Assembly: GCA_963702095.1 (NCBI GenBank)
Contig: OY969706.1
Span: forward strand, 2,720,001 to 2,784,000
Direction: 5' to 3'
Origin: Candidatus Bathyarchaeota archaeon
GTDB lineage: Archaea > Thermoproteota > Bathyarchaeia > Bathyarchaeales > Bathycorpusculaceae
DNA: 64,000 bases
This document shows positions 39,387-48,361 of the stretch, one piece after another. Made by a program: the position numbers and the translations under genes. The notes under the pieces were generated by a model. That model did no database searches. It saw only the letters and a program-made list of their open reading frames with translations, and was not told where the DNA came from. Numbering within the stretch: the first letter of the stretch is position 1; each line of letters begins with the position of its first letter.

Positions 39387-40721
39387 TTATTCCATTATTA
39401 CATTGAGAACGTCAAGCTTAAGCGTCTTCGCTGGGTTATCAAGCAAAGCCGACACGTTGGGTACTGTACGTCCTTCATCTCCAGACACCAATTCTTTCAC
39501 GTAAAGCCCACCCTGACATCTAATATAGAGCAGAGCTTTCTTAAGCGTCACCTTCTTAACTTCAAGCTTATATATGTACCTTTCTCGGACAATGTCAGCG
39601 CGACGATGCACAACGCGTAGAGGCGTCTGCTGCTTAATCAACACGCCCGAAAGCTTCTCCTCTAACATACTCAAGCCCTCGTCCGTTAAGTCTTTCTCGA
39701 ATTCAGCTAAAAGCCGATACTCCTTCTGGGCACCCTCGCCCTTCTTGAGGTGACGCACATCGTCCTTGGAGGCGAAATGCAACACTGAAACCTCAACTTT
39801 GCCCGCTCCGCCAACGTTTACGGCGTCTTCCATCTGCTTTAAGTCGATGGAACGATTTTTTGGCTTAGAAACCTCGACTATGAAAGGTCTGCCTGAGCCA
39901 AGCATGCGAGCATCGATATCTTCTCTTCCTGAGGCATGGAAAAACGATTCTACCCCAGCAGTGGCTTCAAGCAGCGGCTTAGATGTGAAAGCTTCGACTG
40001 ATTGAGGGTAGAGTTTGCCTGTGCCGCCGCATTTTTCGCAGCCTCTGCCTCTGCAGTTGGAGCAGAACCACTCGGACTGGGGAATGTCACGAACGAGTTT
40101 GCGGTATCTTCCAGCGACGAATAAGGGGTTAACTTGAAGCCTCACTTTTTCGAGAAAAGGGTCAATCACGACGACTATATCCTGTTTAAGGTAGTCCGCT
40201 TCTTTGCCTGTGGCTTTGGCGAGGGCTTTGCCGTAGACCCGCCCGAATTCATGGCGGATGCTTTCGCCGTTCTCTATGTTGAAAGCTGCTTTGAACTCGT
40301 CCTCACGTTCCTCAACTGACAGGGGTAACTCGATACCCACCAGAAAAGTCGTGAATTCGTAGCCTTCGAGTGCTTTCTGCGCCTTCTCTGTTAGGCAATC
40401 GACGAGGTCAAATTTGCCTTCACACAGGTAACACTTGACTTGCGCATCCTGTTTAGGTAAGCGTTTCTTTAAGTGCTCGAGCGTTTCTTGGGCAGTAGCT
40501 GAAAAACCGTTAGTTGCCAAAATCTTGAGTTGTTTGATGCCTTCGACGTTTTTTTCTTGGGTCGCTAAAGCGTTGGCTTGCATGGTTAAGCTGACTTTTA
40601 GTGCCAAGCCCCGGACGTTGTTTTCCATGCTGTACCCCAAGAGCGCAAACTGCCGTCCCAAGCAGTGGTCGCAAAGCGGGTATTTACTGAGCAATTCGGC
40701 GGCTTTCTCTAAAACATCCAT
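39387..40721 (-). CDS. pus10: tRNA pseudouridine(54/55) synthase Pus10
   Basis: LCDHCLGRQF, GREDIDARMLGSGRPF, QQTPLRV, GGLYVKEL.SGD.GRT. Confidence 0.96.
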   Translation of the reverse strand: MDVLEKAAELLSKYPLCDHCLGRQFALLGYSMENNVRGLALKVSLTMQANALATQEKNVEGIKQLKILATNGFSATAQETLEHLKKRLPKQDAQVKCYLCEGKFDLVDCLTEKAQKALEGYEFTTFLVGIELPLSVEEREDEFKAAFNIENGESIRHEFGRVYGKALAKATGKEADYLKQDIVVVIDPFLEKVRLQVNPLFVAGRYRKLVRDIPQSEWFCSNCRGRGCEKCGGTGKLYPQSVEAFTSKPLLEATAGVESFFHASGREDIDARMLGSGRPFIVEVSKPKNRSIDLKQMEDAVNVGGAGKVEVSVLHFASKDDVRHLKKGEGAQKEYRLLAEFEKDLTDEGLSMLEEKLSGVLIKQQTPLRVVHRRADIVRERYIYKLEVKKVTLKKALLYIRCQGGLYVKELVSGDEGRTVPNVSALLDNPAKTLKLDVLNVIME

Positions 40722-42081
40722 TGAAGTTACCTACTACGAAACCCATCGGGGGCATACCTTTACCGCCGCCCAACCCGAAAGGCAGCTTCTTTTTACGTTT
40801 AAACATCTTTAACATCTTTTTCATCACGAGGTACTGTTTGAGGAGTTCCTTGACTTCTTTCTCGGTGGTACCTGAACCGTGGGCAATGCGTTTTGCACGG
40901 GAACGGTTGAGTATTTTGGGGTTCTCTTTTTCTTGGGGCGTCATGGATTGAATTATAACCTGCCAAGTGTCGAGGCGGCCTTCAGCGCTGTTAAGCATGT
41001 CGTCGGGGATGTTTGAAGATGACATCCCAGGAATCATCTTCATAACTTTGCTAAATGGACCCATGTTTTTGACTGCAGCGAACTGCTCATACATGTCGGT
41101 TAAGGTGAAGTTGCCGCTTAGGATTTCTTTGGCTTTTTTCTGGGGCACTTTGATTTCTGCGTCATGTACCTTCTCGAGCAGCGTCTCCAAATCGCCCATT
41201 CCTAAAAGGCGCCCGACGAAGCGGCTGGGAACAAAGGCTTCGATGTCCTCAACTTTTTCGCCTGTGCCTATGAATTTTATTGGCGCACCTGTGGCTGCGA
41301 CTGCGGAGAGAGCGCCGCCTCCACGACTGGAGCCGTCTAGTTTGGTGACGATGATGGCGCCGATGGGAGTGGCTTCATGGAATGTTTTGGCCTGTGCCAA
41401 CGCCTGCTGCCCGATGGTGCCATCGATAACCATGATGATTTCGTCGGGGTGAACGCCCTTCTCTATGTCCTTCATCTCTTTGATGAGGTCTTTCTCTTCC
41501 TTATGGCGACCAGCTGTGTCGACGATTAATAGGTCGCGGTCCTGGAACTGTTTGAAGCCTTCTTTAGCGACTTTAACAGGGTCTTTGGCTTTAGCGTCGC
41601 CGTAAATTGGAACGTTTATTCTGGTTGATAGCTGCTGGAGTTGGGCGTAGGCGCCTGGACGGTAAGTGTCGGCGGCGATTAACCCTACTTTTATGCCTCG
41701 CTTCTGGAAGTACCGTGCGAGTTTGGCGGCGTGGGTGGTTTTGCCTGAGCCTTGAATGCCAACTAGCATGATGGTTTTCTTTTTGCCCGGCTCAACTTTG
41801 AGGGGGACGGGTTTGTCGCCGACGAAACGTGTTAGTTCTTCGTAGACGACTTTTACGACGTGTTCGCGTCTTGATATTCCAGGTGGCACTTTTTCTTTTA
41901 GGGCGCGTTCTTCGATGTTCTTTGAGATTTGGAGGACAAGCTGGACGTTGACGTCGGATTGCAGCAGTGCACGTTGAATGTCGCGGACCAGTTCTTTCAC
42001 TGCCGCTTCGTCCACTACGCCTGCTTTGAACAGCTTCTTTATGGCGTCGGTTAGTGAAGAACCTAACTTGTCTAGTGCCAT
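40684..42081 (-). CDS. srp54: Signal recognition particle protein Srp54
   Basis: GIQGSGKTT, DTYRPGA, DTAGR, TKLDG, M domain; tail overlapping pus10 may be indel-extended. Confidence 0.97.
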   Translation of the reverse strand: MALDKLGSSLTDAIKKLFKAGVVDEAAVKELVRDIQRALLQSDVNVQLVLQISKNIEERALKEKVPPGISRREHVVKVVYEELTRFVGDKPVPLKVEPGKKKTIMLVGIQGSGKTTHAAKLARYFQKRGIKVGLIAADTYRPGAYAQLQQLSTRINVPIYGDAKAKDPVKVAKEGFKQFQDRDLLIVDTAGRHKEEKDLIKEMKDIEKGVHPDEIIMVIDGTIGQQALAQAKTFHEATPIGAIIVTKLDGSSRGGGALSAVAATGAPIKFIGTGEKVEDIEAFVPSRFVGRLLGMGDLETLLEKVHDAEIKVPQKKAKEILSGNFTLTDMYEQFAAVKNMGPFSKVMKMIPGMSSSNIPDDMLNSAEGRLDTWQVIIQSMTPQEKENPKILNRSRAKRIAHGSGTTEKEVKELLKQYLVMKKMLKMFKRKKKLPFGLGGGKGMPPMGFVVGNFNGCFRESRRIAQ

Positions 42082-42188
42082 CTGGGTCTCTCGTCCCTAC
42101 AATCTATTGTCGTTTTAGATAAAGATTACACAAGTAAAGTCTACTATACCGCCTAAATTCTCTATATTTCTGTGGTTGCAGCTTTGGG

Positions 42189-42257
42189 TGAAGCCTCAGT
42201 TTCCCCATTTAAGCATTCTTCACAATTCAGACGGCTCTTCATGCATCATTGGCTTCA
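42189..42257 (-). ncRNA. Candidate C/D box methylation-guide sRNA
   Basis: Minus strand TGAAGCC-AATGATG(C)-...-CTGA(D')-TGTGAAGA(C')-...-CTGA(D)-GGCTTCA with a 7-bp terminal stem. Confidence 0.7.
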
Positions 42258-42343
42258 GCAGAGAAGGCACCGTGCTAGAACATAAACTTTGACGGAAAAT
42301 CTTAAAACAACCCAGCAATACACATCACCTACAGGTGTAACTA

Positions 42344-42550
42344 TTGGGCGCTGAACGTATAATCCACGCGTCGATTTTCGTGCTCTTACTGGCAGGTTTA
42401 GCCGCTTTGAGCGTTTGGGCAATCGTCACATATGTCGGGTTTGCGGATAACTCGATTTTGGCGGTCGCCAGCTTTCCGCTTTGTTGGGGAATAATCCTCT
42501 TAGCCATGTACCTTAGCTTTGCCAAACTAGGCTGGAAATGGTGGAAATAG
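42344..42550 (+). CDS. Small 2-TM membrane protein
   Basis: Two hydrophobic helices, 68 aa, TTG start. Confidence 0.55.
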   Translation: MGAERIIHASIFVLLLAGLAALSVWAIVTYVGFADNSILAVASFPLCWGIILLAMYLSFAKLGWKWWK

Positions 42551-42601
42551 CACAAAAAGGTAAAACTGGCAAATAACCAGTAAAGAAAAGTGATCGTTAG
42601 C

Positions 42602-42994
42602 TTATTTTGCGCGTACGATTTTTACTTTGCCAAGAATCTTCCAGTACTCGATTTCTGTGCCGGGAATCAACTTGGCTTTAATGTCTTCCTCTTCGGGAAA
42701 CGGTGCATCCAGGTACTCATAGGTTTCGAGATCCATAATTTGGACGCCGGTCGGGTTGACTGCGAAAACTTGGCCGGCTCGTTTGTCGATTATTGGGACT
42801 TCTGCGCCTAAATCTACTGGTTTGACGAATTGTCGTTTCTGGTTATCGAAGACGCCGATGGCTACGATTCTGGCTTTAGCGGAACCGTGTTTGCCGGGCT
42901 TGGATTTGGATATGTCTACGATGCGGCAGGGTTCGCCTTCAATCATCATGTAGCCGCCAACACGTAATTCTCCAACATCTACTGGTTTGCTCAT
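42602..42994 (-). CDS. eif5a: Translation factor aIF5A
   Basis: SKPGKHGSAK hypusine motif. Confidence 0.97.
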   Translation of the reverse strand: MSKPVDVGELRVGGYMMIEGEPCRIVDISKSKPGKHGSAKARIVAIGVFDNQKRQFVKPVDLGAEVPIIDKRAGQVFAVNPTGVQIMDLETYEYLDAPFPEEEDIKAKLIPGTEIEYWKILGKVKIVRAK

Positions 42995-43159
42995 ACACTC
43001 ACCACAGTAAGGGTTCTATTCAATGCAATTCTCAACAACACCCATATATAGATTAAGGTGCCCAAGCAAATATCGAGGACACTTTTCTCTGCTGAGTTAG
43101 AGATATAGGGCTAAGACAACATGCTTTTAGGCCCTTGTAGACATCTATAGAGTTAGCGT

Positions 43160-43293
43160 TTGTTTTTTCTAGTGTTAGATGAAGGCAGAGTGCTCCTTAC
43201 TCATCATCTTCCAGCGGATTTTGCTGCGGCTTGCTTTTTGGGTTTGGGCTTGCAGCGGCGTTGCAGGTTGGTTATGGCTGATTCCACAAGCAG
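43160..43293 (-). repeat. Dispersed element, GAA-type palindrome copy
   Basis: Minus strand CTGCTTGTGG ... GAAGATGATGAGTAAGGAGCACTCTGCCTTCATCTAACACTAGAAAAAA. Confidence 0.85.
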
Positions 43294-43434
43294 TTAAACA
43301 CTTGAAATGCCATCTTTGATTGTGAGTGAATGTTGTTGAAACAAGTAATCTACAGCAATGGCAAGTATAGAAAGCAAGCTTATCCCTACTGCGAATGTTA
43401 ATATAGATTAAGCTTCACGTCATTTACAGAGCAG

Positions 43435-44280
43435 TTGAACATGTTCAAAACCGTTGGTTTAGTCGCCCGCTATGACCAAAAACAAGCGCTAAAGCTCGCT
43501 GAAGAGTTGGGAGAGTACCTAGCCAAGAGGGGCTTGAAGGTTTACGTAGAAGAGTCCCTAGCCAACAAGATTTCAACCAAAGAAGAGTTTGTTCCGCTCT
43601 CAAAAATGGTCGTTGACTTCATAATCACCATAGGCGGAGACGGCACCATACTGCGAACCGCCATATCCACCCCTAAACCTGAACCGCCTATCTTGACCAT
43701 AAACATGGGAGTACGCGGCTTCTTAACCGAAGTTGAACCACAATTTGCCTGTGAAGCCGTGGAACGCATACTCAAAGGAGACTACCATATTGAGAATTCC
43801 ACCAAGATGGCTGTTTGGGCAGGCAAAGAACCCCTCCCCGACGCCCTCAACGACGTAGTCATCTCAACTGGGGAACCATCCAAGATACTCTACGCAGAAA
43901 TCTGCAAGAACGGCAAGCCAATCCTCAAATGCCAAGCAGACGGCTTAATCATCGGTACACAGACTGGCTCCACTGGTTACTCGCTTTCAGCTGGGGGTCC
44001 AGTGCTTGACCAAGAAGTGGATGCTTTTGTGTTGACGCCGATTTGCTCGCTAACGGTTTTTCATTCGCTGGTTTTTCCCACTGACGCAACCTTAACCTTC
44101 AATGTGCTGCGCCCCGAAAGTATGCTTGTTATGATCGACGGCAACTACCGCAAGTTCATAGACACCGAAGACGCGATGGTTAAAATAACGAAATCCAAAA
44201 ATTGTACCCCTTTTATTCGTTTTGAAACCAGCTTTTACGACCGCCTCCGCAACAGGCTACTGTTCAAGGGAACCGAATGA
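43435..44280 (+). CDS. nadK: NAD(+) kinase
   Basis: GGDGTIL, ALND, ADGLI..T.TGSTGYSLSAGGP. Confidence 0.95.
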   Translation: MNMFKTVGLVARYDQKQALKLAEELGEYLAKRGLKVYVEESLANKISTKEEFVPLSKMVVDFIITIGGDGTILRTAISTPKPEPPILTINMGVRGFLTEVEPQFACEAVERILKGDYHIENSTKMAVWAGKEPLPDALNDVVISTGEPSKILYAEICKNGKPILKCQADGLIIGTQTGSTGYSLSAGGPVLDQEVDAFVLTPICSLTVFHSLVFPTDATLTFNVLRPESMLVMIDGNYRKFIDTEDAMVKITKSKNCTPFIRFETSFYDRLRNRLLFKGTE

Positions 44281-44813
44281 GCAAACCCCAAGAAGTCCCT
44301 CGCCGCATCGTTGTTTTGGATACGTCTGCTTTTTTGGCGGGATTTGATCCCTTCGCTTGTGGTGGAGAGTTAGTTACTGTGCCCAAGGTTGAGGAGGAGA
44401 TTCTGCGTGACTCCATGGTTAAGATGCGGTTTCAAGTTGCCTTGGAAAGCGGCAAAGTAAAGGTAAAAACGCCCATGCAGCAATCTACAGAAGCCGCAGA
44501 GGCCTCCGCTGGCAAAGTCGGCGACTTCTATAAACTCTCAGAGGCAGACGTGCAACTGTTGGCTCTTGCCTTAGAGATGAAGTTGCAGGGGTACAAGCCC
44601 CAAATCGTAACCGACGATTACTGCATCCAAAACGTCGCCTCCCAGTTGGGCATAGAGTTCTGTGCATTAGCCACTTTTGGCATCAAACGCGTCTTAGAAT
44701 GGATTAGGTACTGCCCAGCCTGCCACAAACAGTACCCAGCAACTACCAAACTAAAAGAATGCAAAATCTGCGGAACAGAACTCAAAAGAAAACCCCGCAG
44801 GCAACCAAAGTAG
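44277..44813 (+). CDS. nob1: Nob1 endoribonuclease (PIN + Zn ribbon)
   Basis: VLDTSAF, LS.AD..LLALA, TDDY.IQNVA, CPAC..CKICG. Confidence 0.93.
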   Translation: MSKPQEVPRRIVVLDTSAFLAGFDPFACGGELVTVPKVEEEILRDSMVKMRFQVALESGKVKVKTPMQQSTEAAEASAGKVGDFYKLSEADVQLLALALEMKLQGYKPQIVTDDYCIQNVASQLGIEFCALATFGIKRVLEWIRYCPACHKQYPATTKLKECKICGTELKRKPRRQPK

Positions 44814-44814
44814 C

Positions 44815-46624
44815 CTAAAAAAGCAGCAACAACAGGATAAGCAGCAGCCCCTCAACGCCGAAGATAACAGGAGCAGTCTTTTTTGCTTGCTCAATCGCTT
44901 TATCAACCAAGGTTGTGACGGAGTGCAGGCGTTCTTCGCCGATTACCCTGACCCCTGGAACAGTGAACTGGATGCAGCCGGCTTTTGATGCTTCAAGGTT
45001 CGCCGCTGCCTTCTTTGCCGCCTCCGTGATGTAGTTAAGGAGGACGTCGTGGTCCATGACTTCGCCGACTGGGTAGTATCCACGGCTAGTCCTCACTAAC
45101 GCGCTGACGGCATGGGTGTCGGTGGTGTAGACTTCGCTTTCTACAAAACCCAGCGATGAGAGAGAGGAGAGGATTTTTTCTCTAAGGTGGGGCACCATGT
45201 TGTTTCCGTCAATGATAACGTAGATGTTTTGTTGTTTTTGAACTTCGACGGCGATGGCTGTTATTCCGCCTGTGCCCATGCCCTGCTTCAAAGTGAACTC
45301 ACTGGGGAACACTGTAGCGGCACCCACCAGAAAAGTTGAGAGGGGCAACTGGGTGGCTTTTTGGATGCATTTGGATGCTGCCCGCTTCAACTCCTCCAAG
45401 TGCTCCGCAGTATCATCTATTACGTCGAGGCAGTTGTGGCAGTTAACGACCACCGCATGCTTAAGTCCATATTTTTTGGCTTCCTCGGTTACGATGTGGC
45501 CTACGTTCTTGGGGCAAGTCCTCGGTGGTTTTGGGTGCAAGCGAGAAAGAAAGGAATACTGTGTCGCCGAAGATTTGGCAGTTTGCGATGGCGCAGCCGT
45601 CGGTGGCGCGGGTAAAGGGTGAAGCTAAAGCAGAGGATGCTTCAAATCTTGCGTGGAATAAAACCTCGTTGACTATTCGGTGGTTTGCAGCTTGGGAGGC
45701 TAAGTCTTGTTCATGCCCCAGAATACCCAGCGGCGTGCAAGCGTCGCAACCGTACTCTTTTTCGAAATCCGCTTTTAGCATTGAGGGTAGAAGGCTGCTT
45801 CCGATGTTTTTGAAGGGTCCCGGATGAACTTGGGGCACTATAATTGCCGCTTTAGGTTTGGACGTGTCGAATTTGAGTAAGCTTACGTCTATGTCGGCGT
45901 TTTCACCCATCTCTTCAAGGTACTTCTCCAGCGGCGTGTTCAGGTCGGCTACCCAGTTAAGCAGGAATGCTTTGAATAGGTGCATGGCGGGTAATCCATA
46001 GGTTTTCTGTCCCAATCGATCTATTGAGCGAAGAAAGAGGTAGGTTGCGGCGTAACTGATTATCGGAGCCAATATGATGAAGGGGAGAAACTGGAGCGGG
46101 AGGCTCTCTGTGATTGTTGTCCAAAAAACAAGCAGAACCGATATGGAGAGAATCGGTTGTAGCAGAGCAGAAGTGATTTGCCGCCATGTGGCTCCATCCG
46201 ATGTTGCACTTACCACGAGTGCCCTCAGAGTTATAACGGCTGCAAACCCAAGCAGGGTAAGCTTAACCCACAGCAGCCAACCGAAAAAGTAGCCCAGCCC
46301 CGCTCCTAGAGCCATTAATGCAAGCCAGAGTAGCCAGCAGTAGAAGGACATGCCCGCTGTTCTACGTGGGTTAAAGATGTGGTCGCCTCTGAGAAGCGCT
46401 CTGTTCATGGTTAAATCGGCGATTAAGGTTACGGCAAAAAGGGAGATGCCCAGTATGAGGCTGTTGAGGCTGGGGAAGAGTGCGTATGCGGTGAGGGTGA
46501 CGCCTATTATGCAGGTGGCAGCCATCGAGAGGAGGGCTTTTCTGTAGGAGGGCATGAAGAACAAAGACGAGTAGTGTTTCTTTGCATTGTCCATAGAACT
46601 ATTAAGGGAGCGGTTTGTTTCCAT
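44815..46624 (-). CDS. DUF2070 family membrane protein (frameshift near 45505)
   Basis: N-terminal TM bundle, HPGPF..IGSS, TEDLP joined to CHN, DGNNM, TTDTH. Confidence 0.8.
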
Positions 46625-46866
46625 TTTTTGTTCTCCACTATGGAATTGGGGAGCCCTACTTAAAATTTAGCTAAGTTGGAGCTTACACTAAATACAATAA
46701 TTTTCATAACGTAAAAAAGACACAGCGCTGTTTTGACATAAACAGAGCAAAGCAACCGAGAGGAAAACACAGTTTTGCCGCTTAGAACCCTGAAGTCAAC
46801 ATGTCAAAGCAGAGATACTGTTTTATCCCATAAACGCTAATCATACTATTCCACAGAGTCTTATCT

Positions 46867-47163
46867 ATGCCAGATCAAGAATTGCCCCCCTCCATCTTCC
46901 ACATGCTGGAAAGAAACGTGGGCAAAAAAATCAGAGCCATTATAGACCCATCCTACGGTTTCGAGGGCACCCTAGCAGCAGTCACACAGCAACCCTCAGG
47001 CATCTGGCTGTCAGAGGCAGAAGCAATCGTTTTACGCTCAACCATGGCGCAGCCCATCCCACAGGTGGCTTCCAGAGAAGAAAGAAGCGAACTCTTTTTG
47101 CACCTAAACTCTGTTCAAAGAATTGAAGTGCTTCACACTTCCCAGCCGCGCAGCAGACAATAA
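46867..47163 (+). CDS. Hypothetical protein, possible Sm/LSm-like fold
   Basis: L...VGK.I......FEGTL......I.L..A...LFL...SV..I pattern. Confidence 0.5.
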   Translation: MPDQELPPSIFHMLERNVGKKIRAIIDPSYGFEGTLAAVTQQPSGIWLSEAEAIVLRSTMAQPIPQVASREERSELFLHLNSVQRIEVLHTSQPRSRQ

Positions 47164-47180
47164 AATAAGAAGGAAGATGC

Positions 47181-47345
47181 TTAGAAGAATATTTTAGCCA
47201 TTACCGAAACAACGATCAACGTAACCGATAAAGCCACTAGCAGTTCAGGGCGGATTTTTATGCCTTCAGTTTCTTCTTCGAAGAAACGCAGTAAACCTGC
47301 ACTTCCAGCGGGCATTGGACTAGTATCTTGTTTTCTTTTTCTCAT
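47181..47345 (-). CDS. secG: Preprotein translocase subunit Sec61-beta (not in ORF track)
   Basis: Manual translation MRKRKQDTSPMPAGSAGLLRFFEEETEGIKIRPELLVALSVTLIVVSVMAKIFF*. Confidence 0.92.
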   Translation of the reverse strand: MRKRKQDTSPMPAGSAGLLRFFEEETEGIKIRPELLVALSVTLIVVSVMAKIFF

Positions 47346-47469
47346 TCCCATGATTATCGCTGTCCGAAAGTGTTGTGATACATGCCTAATACTGGCTTAA
47401 ACTAATTAATCTTATGCCAAAACTTCGCAATTGCCAACTGCAAAAGTAGGCGAAGAAACTACCGCGTCT

Positions 47470-47675
47470 TTTCTCTTTATGTGGGTGTGGCGGTTTGTGG
47501 GGGACCACAAGACTGCATAGGAGGACTGTTGCTTTTCTTGGTTGCAACGTTTTTTGGCGTCTGTTTCGGTGTAGCATATGCGATTTCCTCCACACGCGGT
47601 ACATGGTTCCATGTTGAGTTGGTCACGGTGTGGATGTGGAAGCATGTTGGAATAGCATAAAAAAGATGTATAGTT
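47470..47675 (-). repeat. Dispersed 'MEPCTACG' element, copy D
   Basis: Minus strand CATGGAACCATGTACCGCGTGTGG...GAAACAGACGCCAAAAAACGTTGCAACC...CGCCACACCCACATAAAG. Confidence 0.87.
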
Positions 47676-47770
47676 GCGAGCAAAGCGGGTTCCGTATACA
47701 AAAGCATCAACCAAACACAGTTAAATTCAAACTTTAATACCGCAAACGCCATTTTGCCTTGGTGAAACCA

Positions 47771-48057
47771 ATGCAAATAAGCGAATTCCAAGAAATGATG
47801 AAACGCCTCTATGGCGACCGTGACAAGGCCCGCGGCGTCGACGGGACCTACAACTGGCTACTCGAAGAAGTAGCCGAGTTAGCCAAGAACTACGGGGCTC
47901 CGACCGGGAAGCCACTGAGAAAGAATTCGCCGATGTCATAGCGTGGCTGGCATCACTAGCCAACATAGTTGGCATAGACCTTGAAAAAGCAGCCTTAGCC
48001 AAATACCCCAACAAATGCCCCAAATGCCACCAGTCACCCTGCGCCTGCACATTCTAA
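47771..48057 (+). CDS. MazG-like nucleotide pyrophosphohydrolase (frameshift near 47887)
   Basis: WLLEEVAELA, then shifted frame EKEFADVIAWLASLAN..GIDLE...KYP..CPKC. Confidence 0.85.
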
Positions 48058-48323
48058 CCTAGACGCTTCTGTCCCAAACCCGTTTTGAGCCAAACATAAC
48101 GTCTGCTGCCCCTGTGTTCGACTGTTCCTTCGTTTTTTAGTAGTCGCAGATGATACACTACAACGTTGTAGCTTAAGGTGGATTGCTGGGCGATTTTGGA
48201 GGCGCTAAACTCCTGAGTGTCCAGCAATGCCAAGAGTTTGGTTCTAGCTAAAAGTCCGCTGTGTACGTTTCGGGTGTGTTTTAGGTAAGCGTTGGGATGC
48301 CAAGTTTCCTTGATGGATGCCAC
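48054..48323 (-). CDS. Small winged-helix (ArsR-like) protein
   Basis: ASKIA....LSYNVV.YHLRLL..EG.V, W..TG.GQ. Confidence 0.75.
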   Translation of the reverse strand: MASIKETWHPNAYLKHTRNVHSGLLARTKLLALLDTQEFSASKIAQQSTLSYNVVVYHLRLLKNEGTVEHRGSRRYVWLKTGLGQKRLG

Positions 48324-48361
48324 CAGTAGAGAAGAGGGGTTTATCCTTGAAAAGCTTATGT

